The notes below the pieces were generated by a model. That model saw only the letters and a program-made list of their open reading frames with translations, made no database searches and was not told the origin of the DNA. A DNA stretch of 64,000 bases from assembly GCA_963776345.1 (NCBI GenBank), contig CAVZMH010000017.1:1-64000 (forward strand), read 5' to 3'. The translations under genes were made by a program, and so were the position numbers. The stretch is from an uncultured delta proteobacterium. GTDB taxonomy: Bacteria > Myxococcota > Myxococcia > Myxococcales > Myxococcaceae. Below are positions 39,561 to 49,836 of the stretch, in pieces (the first letter of the stretch is position 1; every line of letters begins with the position of its first letter).

Positions 39561-41312
39561 ATGACCTCCACCCTGGGCCGGCTCCTCGCGCTGTTGCGCC
39601 CTTCGGCGCGCCTCGTCGTCGGCGCGGTGCTCGCCGCCGCGGTGAGCGCCGCCGCCGCGGCCGGGTACGCCTGGCTCATCGGGCCCCTGCTCCGGAGCGT
39701 GCTGCTCTCCGAGCCGATGCACGTCGGCGGGCTCTACACGTCGCCGGAGCAGGCCCGATGGCTGTTGCCCGGGCTGCTGATCCTCCTGGCCGTGGTGAAG
39801 GCCGGGGCGCAGCTGCTCCAGACCGGCTGGATGCAGGTCGCCGGACAGCGCGCGCTGGCCCGGTTGCGCTCGGACCTCTACGCCCACCTCCTCGCGCTCC
39901 CCCCGGCGACCCACGAGTCGCGGGCGAGCGGCGACGTGCTCAGCCGGCTCACCGCCGACGTGGCGCAGGTGGAGTTCTCGGTCACCCAGGCCCTGACCAG
40001 CTGGGTGCGCGACGCGCTCCAGCTCCTCGCGCTCCTCGGTGTCTGCCTGGCGCTCGACTGGCGGCTCTTCGCCCTGAGCTTCGTGGTCTTCCCGGCGGCG
40101 CTGGTGCCCATCACCCGGTTCGCCCGGGCGGTGAAGAAGACGGCGCGGACGACGCAGGGCAGCCTGGGGAACCTCACCGCGCTGGTCGGCGAGCAGCTCC
40201 AGGCCCTCCCGGTGGTCCAGGCCTACGGGATGGAGCCGCGGGTCCGGACGCAGTTCGACGCCGAGCAGGCCCGCTACCTCCGGGAGATGGACCGCTCGCT
40301 CCTGCTCCGTGGCGCGGCGAGCCCCTCCATCGAGCTCCTCGGCATCACCGGCCTCGCGCTCGCCCTCGCGGTCGGCGCCCGGGCGGTCCGGGCCGAGCCT
40401 TCGCTCGCCAGCCACCTCATGTCCTACGTGGGCGCGGTGCTGCTGATGTACGGGCCGCTGAAGACGCTCTCCTCCACCGTCACCCAGGTGGTCGCCGGGG
40501 TGGGCGCGGCCGAGCGGGTGTTCGAGCTCGAGGACCGCAGCGTGCCGCCCGACAGCGGGGACCCCGCGCCGCCGCTCCTCCGCGGGCTCCGGCTGGAGGA
40601 CCTCCGCATCCAGTACGGCGAGGTCGAGGCCATCCGCGGTCTCACGCTGGAGCTCCCCGCGGGCAAGACCGTGGCCCTGGTGGGCGCGTCCGGGGCGGGC
40701 AAGAGCACGCTCTTCTCGGCCCTGCTCCGGTTCGTCGACCCGGCGGGCGGAGGCATCCTCTGGGACGGGCAGGACGTGCGCGCGTTCAGCCGGGCCTCGG
40801 TGCGGGCGCGCATCGCCTGGGTGCCGCAGGATGCGGTGCTCTTCGCGGGCCCGGTGCGCGACGCGGTCCTGGTCGGCAAGCCCGGCGCGAGCGACGCCGA
40901 GGTGTGGAGCGCGCTGGAGCGGGCCCACGGCGCCGAGTTCGTCCGTGCGCTGCCGCAGGGCCTGGACACGCAGGTCGGTGAGCGCGGGGCGCAGCTGAGC
41001 GGCGGAGAGCGGCAGCGGCTGGCAATCGCCCGGGCGTTCATCCGCGAGCCGTCGCTGCTGCTCCTCGACGAGCCAACCAGCAGCCTCGACGCGGCGAGCG
41101 AGGCGCTGGTCCAGGCGGGACTCGCCGAGCTGAAGGCCGGCCGCACCACGCTGGTCATCGCCCACCGCCTGTCGACGGTGAGGAATGCCGACCTGATCGT
41201 CGTCCTGGAGGGAGGCCGGGTCGTCGAGCAGGGGACGCACGACCAGCTCGTGGCGCACGGCACGGTGTACCGCCGGCTGCTGGACCGGGGAGTCGCCGAT
41301 GGCGCGGCGTGA
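39561..41312 (+). CDS. MsbA-like ABC exporter (TMD plus NBD)
   Basis: GASGAGKS, LSGGERQR, LDEPTS, IAHRLST. Confidence 0.9.
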   Translation: MTSTLGRLLALLRPSARLVVGAVLAAAVSAAAAAGYAWLIGPLLRSVLLSEPMHVGGLYTSPEQARWLLPGLLILLAVVKAGAQLLQTGWMQVAGQRALARLRSDLYAHLLALPPATHESRASGDVLSRLTADVAQVEFSVTQALTSWVRDALQLLALLGVCLALDWRLFALSFVVFPAALVPITRFARAVKKTARTTQGSLGNLTALVGEQLQALPVVQAYGMEPRVRTQFDAEQARYLREMDRSLLLRGAASPSIELLGITGLALALAVGARAVRAEPSLASHLMSYVGAVLLMYGPLKTLSSTVTQVVAGVGAAERVFELEDRSVPPDSGDPAPPLLRGLRLEDLRIQYGEVEAIRGLTLELPAGKTVALVGASGAGKSTLFSALLRFVDPAGGGILWDGQDVRAFSRASVRARIAWVPQDAVLFAGPVRDAVLVGKPGASDAEVWSALERAHGAEFVRALPQGLDTQVGERGAQLSGGERQRLAIARAFIREPSLLLLDEPTSSLDAASEALVQAGLAELKAGRTTLVIAHRLSTVRNADLIVVLEGGRVVEQGTHDQLVAHGTVYRRLLDRGVADGAA

Positions 41313-42067
41313 CCGCCGGGGCCGCGAGGAGTCCGGCGTTCCTCCACCGGTTCGAGAGCGCCGAGGTGCTGGCGGAGCTGCTCGGCGTGGCGGAGTCCCC
41401 CCTCGATCCCGAGGAGGTGCTGAGGAGGTTCCGCGCCGGACGCGCCGAGGGTGCCGAGGCGGGCGAGGTCATCCCCACGCTCTTTCCGGGGCCTCCCCGC
41501 TTCCCGGATCCGGACGTCGCCCGGCGGCTGTTCCAGAACCTGCTCGGGCTCTGGGATGCCGCGGCCTCTCCGGACTTCCGGCTCTCCGGCGAGTCCGTGG
41601 CTCCACGACGGCCCCGTCCCGGGAAGGTCGACCCCCCGGGTCCCCCGGGACCGGGCGGACCGGATGCGGCCTACGTCGCCGCGGTCCGCGCATGGCTGGC
41701 GACGGATCGACGGGCCCACCAGCGGCTGACCGATTCGTTCGAGAACCGGCAGGACGCCCTCCTGTGCTCCCTTGACGAGCGGGGCCTCTCGGACGAAGGT
41801 TGGGGGGTCCTCCGCCAGCTGGCGTTCGAGCTGCACGCCGTTCTCGAGCACACAGATGGCGCCGCCCCGGGGTCGGTCCCGCCCGAGGCGCTCGAGGGTG
41901 ACCCAGCGGCGAAGGTTCCGGTGGAGCTGATCGGCCTCGTCGACCAGGCGCTCGCCCCGGCCGAGCAGGACGGCACAGGACCCGTGCCGGAGGCGGAGCG
42001 CGACACCGTTCGCACCCTTGGCCGGCAGGTGCTCGGCGCGCTGTGGGCGGCGCGAGCCCGGAGGTGA
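41309..42067 (+). CDS. Hypothetical protein
   Basis: 4-bp overlap with ABC gene; coding-like codon bias. Confidence 0.6.
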   Translation: MTAGAARSPAFLHRFESAEVLAELLGVAESPLDPEEVLRRFRAGRAEGAEAGEVIPTLFPGPPRFPDPDVARRLFQNLLGLWDAAASPDFRLSGESVAPRRPRPGKVDPPGPPGPGGPDAAYVAAVRAWLATDRRAHQRLTDSFENRQDALLCSLDERGLSDEGWGVLRQLAFELHAVLEHTDGAAPGSVPPEALEGDPAAKVPVELIGLVDQALAPAEQDGTGPVPEAERDTVRTLGRQVLGALWAARARR

Positions 42068-42075
42068 CGGACACC

Positions 42076-42630
42076 ATGGTGAAAGACGACGACGACGGCG
42101 GCGGCTTCACCGGGAAGCGCAACAAGAGCTGGCGGGAGATCGACGCCCGGCGCGGAAAGAGCAAGTACCACTCGCGCCAGGACGACCCGGCCCAGCAGCG
42201 CATCGAGCGCAGCGCGACGTACACCCGGTACAAGCAGGCGGCGGACGCGCTCTTCACCGGCGGCGCCCTCCCCGAGGGCCTGGCGAAGACCTTCGACCCG
42301 GACGGCAAGCGTCAGGCGCAGAAGGAGGCGATGGCCAAGCTGCGCGAGCTGCCCGACCGGAAGGCCTGGGCCGAGGGCGTGCTCGAGTACCTGGAACGGT
42401 ACCCGGAGCTGCCCGAGGACCCGTACTTCCTCGACCAGCTGCTGGACCACCCGCGCGACCGCGTCGTCGGCCAGGCTCTGGGGAAGCTCGAGGCGATGCA
42501 GGAGGCGGGCACCTTGAAGGCCAAGCTGCCCAAGAGCCTCGACCAGCGGCTCAAGTCGCTGGAGCTGACCAGCATGGATCCGGAGCTGCAGCAGCGGGCC
42601 CGGATCCTGCGCGAGCAGCTGCGGGCGTGA
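42076..42630 (+). CDS. Hypothetical protein
   Basis: GGAGG upstream; strong GC3 bias. Confidence 0.7.
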   Translation: MVKDDDDGGGFTGKRNKSWREIDARRGKSKYHSRQDDPAQQRIERSATYTRYKQAADALFTGGALPEGLAKTFDPDGKRQAQKEAMAKLRELPDRKAWAEGVLEYLERYPELPEDPYFLDQLLDHPRDRVVGQALGKLEAMQEAGTLKAKLPKSLDQRLKSLELTSMDPELQQRARILREQLRA

Positions 42631-43104
42631 GCGGGGACGGCTGGACGATTCGCCCCGTCCGGCCCGACGACGCGCCGGCGTTGCGCCGGATGCGCGAGGA
42701 GGCGGGCTGGGACCTGGAGAAGGTTCCGGCGTGGATCGCCGCGTCGCTCTCGGGCGAGCGCCCCACGTGGGTCGCCGTGCTCGCGGGCGCCACGGTGGGC
42801 ATGGTGAGCATCGAGTTCGTCGACCCGGACCCCGAGGTCGCGAACGGCAAGGACGTGGCCGTCATCGCCAGCCTCTCGGTGCTGGCGAGCGCCGCGCGAC
42901 GGGGCATCGGCCGCGCGCTGACCGTCTTCGCCGAGGAGCAGGCGCGGGCCCGCGGGCGTGCGGGTGCTGACGCTCAACACCCGGCCGGCGAACGCCGCGG
43001 CCCTCGCGCTGTACGAGGGGCTCGGCTACCGGCGCTGGAAAGAGCAGGAGCGTCCGTGGGGCCTGGCGGTGTTCCTCCGCAAGCGCCTCGACGGCCCTCG
43101 CTGA
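42627..43104 (+). CDS. GNAT acetyltransferase; +1 frameshift at about 42955
   Basis: RRGIGRAL motif A then, after one extra G, VLTLNTRPANAAALALYEGLGY motif B. Confidence 0.75.
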
Positions 43105-43122
43105 TCCAGGGAACCCCGGTCG

Positions 43123-44166
43123 CTACTTCTCGAGCTTCGCCAGGATGGCGGCGATCCGCTTCTGGTCCGCGGGATCCTTCGCCAGCGCCTTCGCCCTGGC
43201 GTAGTTCTCCGCCGCGCCCTTCTTGTCTCCGGTCGTGGCCAGCGCCTCTCCGAGGCTGTCGTAGCAATTCCAGGAGTCGGGGTGCTCCTTCACGTTCTTT
43301 CGGAACAGGGCGAGCGCCTCGGGGACCTTCTTCTCGCCCAGGAGCTGATAGGCGAGGTTGTTGACGTCGGCCTCGGTGGCGACCTTCATCGCCTGGGCCC
43401 GCAGCTCGGCGGCGCCCTTGAGGTCCTTCTTCTTTTCCAGGATTCCGGCCTTGGTGGTGAGGTTCGGATACGTGGCCTGCATTCCGATCGACCGGTCGAC
43501 CCAGGCCAGCGCCTCATCCAGCTCATGGTCGTTCCGGAGGCACCACTGCGCCGCCTGGTTCCAGGGCTGCCAGGAGAACCGGGCCAGCCCTCGGAGCTGG
43601 CCCTTGAGGCTGGCCAGGGTGACCGCCTTGGTGTCCACGCCGACCGGGAACCCGACCTGGAGCTTCTCCCAGTGGAGAACCACGGTGACCGAGGTCTCGG
43701 TGGGGTTGGAGAACCGGTACTCCAGGCTCTCCTCGAACTCCGTCTGGGCGGGCGTCGCGGTGAGCCGGACCGCGTCCTCCTTCTCGTCGTAGCTGAAGCT
43801 GCCCCACGCGGTGGCGACGTTGCTCAGGACGACCGTCCACTTGCTCGGCCCGGGAATCATGTGGAGCCCGTAGGTTCCTGCCGCGAGCTGCTTCCCTCCG
43901 ACCGTGACCGGGCTGGAGAAGCTGACTGTGGTGTTCTCGTTGGCGCCCGCCCGCCAGACCTCGTCGTAGGGGACGAGCGCTCCCCAGACCTTGCGCTTCC
44001 CGACCGCCGGGCGGTGATAGTCGATGGTGATGTCGGTCAGGCCCACCCGCTGGCTCACCGCGGCATGCGGGCTGGCGTCGGGAAGGCTCAGCCGGGGGGC
44101 CTGGGCCAGGGCGGGAGTGGCGCCGGCCAGGAGCACTCCCAGTAGCAGGGGAAGGTGGGGCTTCAT
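43123..44166 (-). CDS. DUF2911 domain protein with C-terminal TPR
   Basis: YHRP...WGALVPY..VWRAGANENT, WGSFSY. Confidence 0.85.
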   Translation of the reverse strand: MKPHLPLLLGVLLAGATPALAQAPRLSLPDASPHAAVSQRVGLTDITIDYHRPAVGKRKVWGALVPYDEVWRAGANENTTVSFSSPVTVGGKQLAAGTYGLHMIPGPSKWTVVLSNVATAWGSFSYDEKEDAVRLTATPAQTEFEESLEYRFSNPTETSVTVVLHWEKLQVGFPVGVDTKAVTLASLKGQLRGLARFSWQPWNQAAQWCLRNDHELDEALAWVDRSIGMQATYPNLTTKAGILEKKKDLKGAAELRAQAMKVATEADVNNLAYQLLGEKKVPEALALFRKNVKEHPDSWNCYDSLGEALATTGDKKGAAENYARAKALAKDPADQKRIAAILAKLEK

Positions 44167-44418
44167 CTCGACTCCTTCAGGCGCTGACCTCGCAGGACGG
44201 CCGTACGCAGGAAGAGCGAGGGTTTCCATGCGGCTGCAGCGGGACGCGCGGGCAGTGCAGCCCGCCGCGGCGCGCCCTCCTCCGGGCCCGCGGACGGCCC
44301 CCGGGGGACGGGGGCTCGGCCGCTCTGGAGGGGGGCGTTGATTTTGGAGTCAGAACTTTGACCGAAGACCTGCTTGGATGCGCCCCCCACTGGCGTTTCT
44401 GACTGGGAGGAGACCCCG

Positions 44419-45741
44419 ATGAACCATCCGATTCGACGGCTCGGCTGCGGCCTGGCGCTGGCCCTGCTCGCCTCGGCCTGCGGGAGCGACAGCAACAACA
44501 ACACCATCAACATCGACCCGGCGATGACCGAGTCGGCCATCGCCTCGGCGTTCTCGGGAGCGGCGGAGAACTCCACCCTCAACATGGCGGCGGGGACCTA
44601 CCACTTCACCAACTCGCTCAACCTCTCCACCAAGAACGGGATCACGGTGAAGGGCGCGGGGATGACCCAGACCATCCTCGACTTCAGCGCCCAGACCGGC
44701 GGCGCGGACGGGCTGGTCCAGAGCATCCCCTCCGGGCAGACGGTGAAGGTCACCTTCCAGGACTTCGCCGTCCGGGACAGCGCGGGCGATGGCCTGAAGA
44801 TCACCGGCGGGAACGGAGTCCATATCAACCGGGTGAGCGCTTCGTGGCCCACCCGGGCACAGCACGGCCCGTACGGGATCTATCCGGTCCAGTGCAAGAA
44901 CGTGCTGGTCGAGAACAGCTCGGCCGACGGGGCCAGCGACACCGGGATCTACGTCGGTCAGTCGGACACCATCGTGGTCCGGAACAACGTCGTCACCCAC
45001 AACGTGTCCGGCATCGAGATCGAGAACTCGTTCAACGCCGACGTCACCGGGAACGACTCCAACAACAACACCGTCGGGTTCCTGGTCTTCGACCTGCCCG
45101 ACCTTCCGCAGGTCGGCGGGCACAACGTCCGCGTCTACAACAACCAGTTCCGGGACAACAACACGCCGAACTTCGGCGATCCCAGCGGAGAGGTGGCCCT
45201 GGTGCCGGCCGGAACCGGCGGGGCGATCATGGCCAACACCAAGGTGGAGATCTTCGGCAACACCTTCAGCGGAAACAGCGCGGTCGGCTTCTCGGTCATC
45301 AGCTGCTACGCCGCCCTGGGCGTCCAGACCTGCAGCAGTGGGACCGCGGGCTACGTCGCGATCCCCTCCCAGGTGTCCGTCCACGACAACACCTTCACCG
45401 GCAACGGGACCGACCCTCTGGCGCACAACACGAACCAGCAGCATCCGAGCTTCCAGCTGGCTGCGCTGCTGGCCAGCGGCTTTCCCCAGACCCAGGGCGG
45501 GCCGGGCTGGCTCGACGGCCACGTCTCGGACGTCACCTACGACGGCATCTTCCCCCTCGGCGGAACGGGCAATCCGTTCCAGATCTGCGCCCAGAACAAC
45601 GGCTCGGGCCACTTCGCCAACATGCACCTCGACCAGTTCGACGCACAGGCCCCGAACCTCGACCAGATCCTGACCTTCGACGAGTCGGCGTTCAGCTGTT
45701 CGCTCCCGGCCCTCCCGGCGGTCCCGGTGCCGGCGCTCTGA
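44419..45741 (+). CDS. Parallel beta-helix lipoprotein (partner of SO2930-type cytochromes)
   Basis: LASAC lipobox, YGIYPVQC, GASDTGIYVGQS, GIEIENS, VFDLPDLP. Confidence 0.85.
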   Translation: MNHPIRRLGCGLALALLASACGSDSNNNTINIDPAMTESAIASAFSGAAENSTLNMAAGTYHFTNSLNLSTKNGITVKGAGMTQTILDFSAQTGGADGLVQSIPSGQTVKVTFQDFAVRDSAGDGLKITGGNGVHINRVSASWPTRAQHGPYGIYPVQCKNVLVENSSADGASDTGIYVGQSDTIVVRNNVVTHNVSGIEIENSFNADVTGNDSNNNTVGFLVFDLPDLPQVGGHNVRVYNNQFRDNNTPNFGDPSGEVALVPAGTGGAIMANTKVEIFGNTFSGNSAVGFSVISCYAALGVQTCSSGTAGYVAIPSQVSVHDNTFTGNGTDPLAHNTNQQHPSFQLAALLASGFPQTQGGPGWLDGHVSDVTYDGIFPLGGTGNPFQICAQNNGSGHFANMHLDQFDAQAPNLDQILTFDESAFSCSLPALPAVPVPAL

Positions 45742-45746
45742 GCGAG

Positions 45747-46839
45747 GTGCCGCCGGAGCTCGTGGTTCGGTCGGGGCCTCCTGGCCAGCGCGCTGCTGGC
45801 GCTGGCCGCGTGCGGGTCCACGTCGAGCGGTGCGTGCACGCCGCGCGTCCCGACCGACGACACCTACCCCACGAGCCTCGCCGGTTGGTGCCAGGTGGGC
45901 CTCGCGCAGGGCGAGGTGACCGGGCTCGCCAGCGACGTCGTCGCCTACGACCTGACGACCCCGCTCTACTCCGATGGAGCCATCAAGCGGCGCACGGTCC
46001 GGGTGCCGCCCGGCACCGCCGCGGCCTACGACCCGACCGGGCCGCTCGGGTTCCCGGACGGGACGGTGCTCACCAAGAGCTTCGGGTTCCGGGCCGACGC
46101 CCGGGACACGGCGCTCCCCATCCACTGGGTCGAGACGCGCCTGGAGTGGAAGGCCCAGGGCGCGTGGAACTTCATGACCTACCGCTGGAACGACGCCGGG
46201 ACCGAGGCGGTGGCCGCGCCGGGCGGCGAGGTGGTGAGCTTCTCCTACGTCGACGTCGACGGGGTGACCCAGGACGCCCACTACCTCGTGCCCAGCCAGC
46301 TGCAGTGCGAGCAGTGCCACTCCGAGAGCGGCCCGGTGGCTCCCATCGGCCCCAAGGCGCGCTGGCTGAACACCGACCACGCCTACCCCGAGGGCACCGA
46401 GAACCAGCTCGCCCACTGGTCACGGATCGGCATCCTCACCGGGGCGCCCGATCCAGCCGATGCGCCGAGGCTCCCGGCCGCCGCCGACCCCGACGCGGGG
46501 ACGGTGGAGCAGCGCGCGCGCGCGTACCTCGAGGCGAACTGCGGCTTCTGCCACAGCCCCCAGGGGAACGCCCGGATCAGCGGCCTGTACCTGTCCGCCT
46601 CGGTGACCGAGCCGGTGCAGCTCGGCATCTGCAAGCGGCCGGTGGCCGCCGGAGTCGGGGCCGGGGGGCGGCCGTACGACCTCTTCCCGGGACAGCCCGA
46701 CCAGTCGATCATCCCTTACCGGATGTCGTCCACCACGCCGGCCGTGGCGATGCCGCAGATCGGCCGGAGCATCGTGGACGCCCACGGGGTCGCGCTGATC
46801 ACCGAGTGGATCTCCGGCCTGCCCGGAACCTGTCAGTGA
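45747..46839 (+). CDS. SO2930-family diheme c-type cytochrome lipoprotein; +1 frameshift just after start
   Basis: YDLTTPLYSD, CEQCH, CGFCH, MPQIGRS; LAAC lipobox in frame from 45751, GTG 45747 off by one. Confidence 0.8.
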
Positions 46840-46866
46840 CCACCGCGGGGAGCCGACCCCGGCCGC

Positions 46867-47250
46867 TCAGACGGCGATGGCCTGGGGCAGCGCTCCCAGG
46901 CGCCGGTCCGCGGTGAGGAGGCGGAGCGTCTCGACTTCGCACTGCGCGAGGAGCAGACGGTCGAACGGATCACCGTGCTCGAGGGCCACCCGTTCCACCG
47001 CCGTGGCGTGACGGAGGGTGACGTCGAGGGTCTCGAACCCCGCCTGCTCGACCGCCTCGAGCAACGACCCGAGCGGGCCCTCCAGCCGCAGCTTGCCGAG
47101 CGAAGCCTTGATCGCGATCTCCCAGGCGCTCGCGGCGCTGACCCAGCAGGTGTTCGCCGGGGCGGACAGGAGCGACCTCACTCCCCGCGAGAGCTTCGGG
47201 CTGTCGCTCAGGACCCAGAGGAGCACGTGCGTGTCCAGCAGGAGCTTCAC
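46867..47250 (-). CDS. vapC: VapC PIN-domain toxin
   Basis: LLLDTHVLLW, SAASAWEIAIK, HGDPFDRLL. Confidence 0.92.
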   Translation of the reverse strand: MKLLLDTHVLLWVLSDSPKLSRGVRSLLSAPANTCWVSAASAWEIAIKASLGKLRLEGPLGSLLEAVEQAGFETLDVTLRHATAVERVALEHGDPFDRLLLAQCEVETLRLLTADRRLGALPQAIAV

Positions 47251-47507
47251 GGCTCGACCGACCCGCCGAAGAGGCGATCCTGCTCCTTCCTCGACAGCGG
47301 CCGGTCGAAGTCCTTCGAGAGACCCGAGAACAGCTTCTTGCCGGTCCCGAAGCGAATCCGACGGCCCGGAGCGAGACCCGTCAACCGGGCGACCGGCTTC
47401 CCGGCCCGGGCAAGGATGATCTCCTCGCCGGCCTCGGCCGCCTCGATGAGCCGCGAGAGCGTGGTCTTCGCCTCGTGGATGTTGACGGTTTTCAGAGATT
47501 CACCCAT
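47247..47507 (-). CDS. Phd/YefM antitoxin
   Basis: VNIHEAKTTLSRL...GEEIILARAGKPVARL; 4-bp overlap with toxin. Confidence 0.92.
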   Translation of the reverse strand: MGESLKTVNIHEAKTTLSRLIEAAEAGEEIILARAGKPVARLTGLAPGRRIRFGTGKKLFSGLSKDFDRPLSRKEQDRLFGGSVEP

Positions 47508-47508
47508 C

Positions 47509-47533
47509 CTAGCTAAACTTAGTCTAGTCTAGA
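47509..47533 (-). promoter_or_regulatory. AT-rich TA promoter/operator with three CTAG motifs
   Basis: TCTAGACTAGACTAAGTTTAGCTAG directly before antitoxin ATG; TAGACT -10-like; imperfect palindrome. Confidence 0.5.
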
Positions 47534-47610
47534 AGACCGCGGAAGGCCACGGTGCATGCCTCGCCGCCCGGTTGCCTGACGGGCGGGGATCGGGCAGAGC
47601 ACCCCCTTCC

Positions 47611-49836
47611 ATGTTCGTCGCCCTGGCCCGGGCCGTCTCCCGGCACCGCCTGGTGGTCCTCGCCTGCACCCTGGTGGTGCTGGCGCTGGCGGTGCTCGCC
47701 CTGGTCCGCGGCGGGAGCCTGACCAGCGGGACCATCGAGGGCACCGAGTCCTGGCAGGCCGCCGCGCTGGTCCGGGGCGCCGCCGGGGCCGACACCGACA
47801 CCAGCGTGGTCGCCCTGCTCACCCACGCGTCGATGCCTGCGACCGATCCGGTGTTCCAGGCGGCGATGGCCCTGGTGCTGGAGAAGGTCAGCGCCCGCCC
47901 CGAGGTGGAGGGCGTGGTCTCGGTGGTCACCGCGCCGGAGCAGGCCCGGAGCCGCTTCCTCTCGCCCGACGGCAAGGCCGCGCTGGTGCTGGTCCGCCTC
48001 AAGGGCGACGAGAAGGCGGCGGTGGGCGCGTTTCCGGCGGTGAAGGCCGCGCTGCGCGACGGTCCCTTCGACGTGGCGGTGACCGGGAAGCCGGCGTTCC
48101 TCGTCGACCTGAACACCCAGCTGGAGCACGACCTGCTCCGCGCCGAGCTCATCTCCTTCCCGCTCGCGCTGCTGGTCCTCCTCTCGGTGTTCGGGACGCT
48201 GGTCGCCGCGCTCCTGCCCATCGTGGTCGGCGGGCTCGCGGTGCTGGCCGGCGTCGCCGCGGTGCTCGCGCTCTCGCACCACCTGGACATGGCCCAGTAC
48301 ACGCTGAACGTGGTGACCCTCATCGGGCTCGGCGTGGCCATCGACTACTCGCTGTTCATGGTCAGCCGCTTCCGGGCCGAGCTGCACGCCGGGGCGAGCG
48401 TGGAGGCGGCGCTCGAGCGGACCGTCGACACCGCCGGGCGCGCGGTCGCCTTCTCCGGACTCGCGGTCGCGGCCGGGCTCTCGGGGCTGCTCTTCTACAA
48501 GGGCTCGTACCTCGCCGCGATGGGGCTGGGCGGGGCCATCGTCGTCGCCTTCTCGGTCCTCTTCTCGCTCACCGCGCTCCCGGCCATCCTCGGCTGGCTC
48601 GGCCCCCGCGTGGACATGGGGCGGGTGCCGATCCCGGCGTTCGGCCTGAAGGCCGGGGCGTGGGAGCGGATCGCCGGCTGGGTGATGGAGCATCCGCTCA
48701 GGGTGCTCCTGCCGACCCTGGGCTTCATCGCGCTGGTGGGCTGGCCCTTCGTCCGGCTCCAGACCGCCGGAACGGACATCACCGCGCTCCCGGAGTCGGC
48801 CGAGTCGCGCCAGGGCGCGGCGGCGCTGGACCGCGCCTTCCCCGGGCAGAATGCGACCCGCATCCTGGTCGCGGTGCGCTTCCCGGGCGCGCCCTTCACC
48901 CCCGACCGGGCCGGGGCGCTCTACGACGCGACCCGGCGCTGGGCCAAGCTCCCCGGTGTCGTCGGGGTGGAGAGCATCGTCGACCTCGACCCCAACGTGA
49001 CCCGCGACCAGTACGTCCAGCTCGCCGGCGCCGGGCCCGCCTTCCGGCCACCCGAGTTCGCGCTCGCAGAGGCGGCGTATCTGCACGGCGACGTCGCGGT
49101 GGCCCAGGTGCTCACCGCCGCCCCGGCGTCGAGCGTCGAGGCCCGGCGGCTCGTCGACGCGCTGCGGAAGGACCGCGTGGTGGGCGACGGGCGCGCCCTG
49201 GTCGGCGGGCAGAGCGCGGGCGACGTGGACTCGACCGCCTTCGTCCTCGACCGGGCGCCGCTCGCCGTCGGCTTCGTGGTCCTGGTCACGCTGGTGGCGC
49301 TCTTCGTCCTCCTCGGCTCCGTCGTCCTGCCGCTGAAGGCGGTGGTGATGAACTTCCTCTCCATCGCCGCGAGCTTCGGAGCGCTGGTGTGGATCTTCCA
49401 GGAGGGAAATCTGAAATCGCTGCTCGACTTCCAGCCCGGCCCGATCGAGCCCGCGCTTCCCGTGCTGCTCTTCTGCACCCTGTTCGGCCTGTCGATGGAC
49501 TACGAGGTCCTGATGCTCTCGCGGATGCGCGAGGAGTGGACCCGCACCCACGACAACCGGCACAGCGTGGCCGAGGGCCTGGAGCAGACCGGCAGCCTGA
49601 TCACCAGCGCCGCGGCGATCATGGTCGCGGTGTTCGCAGCCTTCGCCCTGGCCCGCATCCTGGTGGTGAAGGCGATGGGCGTGGGCATGGCGATCGCCGT
49701 GGCGCTGGACGCCACGCTGGTGCGGGTCCTGGTCGTCCCCGCCACGATGCGCCTCTTCGGGGCGGCGAACTGGTGGGCGCCGCGGGTGCTGAAGCGCCTG
49801 GCGCTCGCGGCGCATGGAGAGAAGAGCAGTCCATGA
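47611..49836 (+). CDS. MMPL family (RND) lipid transporter
   Basis: GLGVAIDYSLFMVSRFRAE and FGLSMDYEV motifs, two TM bundles. Confidence 0.92.
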   Translation: MFVALARAVSRHRLVVLACTLVVLALAVLALVRGGSLTSGTIEGTESWQAAALVRGAAGADTDTSVVALLTHASMPATDPVFQAAMALVLEKVSARPEVEGVVSVVTAPEQARSRFLSPDGKAALVLVRLKGDEKAAVGAFPAVKAALRDGPFDVAVTGKPAFLVDLNTQLEHDLLRAELISFPLALLVLLSVFGTLVAALLPIVVGGLAVLAGVAAVLALSHHLDMAQYTLNVVTLIGLGVAIDYSLFMVSRFRAELHAGASVEAALERTVDTAGRAVAFSGLAVAAGLSGLLFYKGSYLAAMGLGGAIVVAFSVLFSLTALPAILGWLGPRVDMGRVPIPAFGLKAGAWERIAGWVMEHPLRVLLPTLGFIALVGWPFVRLQTAGTDITALPESAESRQGAAALDRAFPGQNATRILVAVRFPGAPFTPDRAGALYDATRRWAKLPGVVGVESIVDLDPNVTRDQYVQLAGAGPAFRPPEFALAEAAYLHGDVAVAQVLTAAPASSVEARRLVDALRKDRVVGDGRALVGGQSAGDVDSTAFVLDRAPLAVGFVVLVTLVALFVLLGSVVLPLKAVVMNFLSIAASFGALVWIFQEGNLKSLLDFQPGPIEPALPVLLFCTLFGLSMDYEVLMLSRMREEWTRTHDNRHSVAEGLEQTGSLITSAAAIMVAVFAAFALARILVVKAMGVGMAIAVALDATLVRVLVVPATMRLFGAANWWAPRVLKRLALAAHGEKSSP

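Noticed and set aside
45739..45785. Stop-codon readthrough joining the beta-helix and cytochrome genes (same frame across TGA)
   Set aside because: The downstream gene has its own lipoprotein signal, and GTG 45747 plus one extra C explains the frame more simply.
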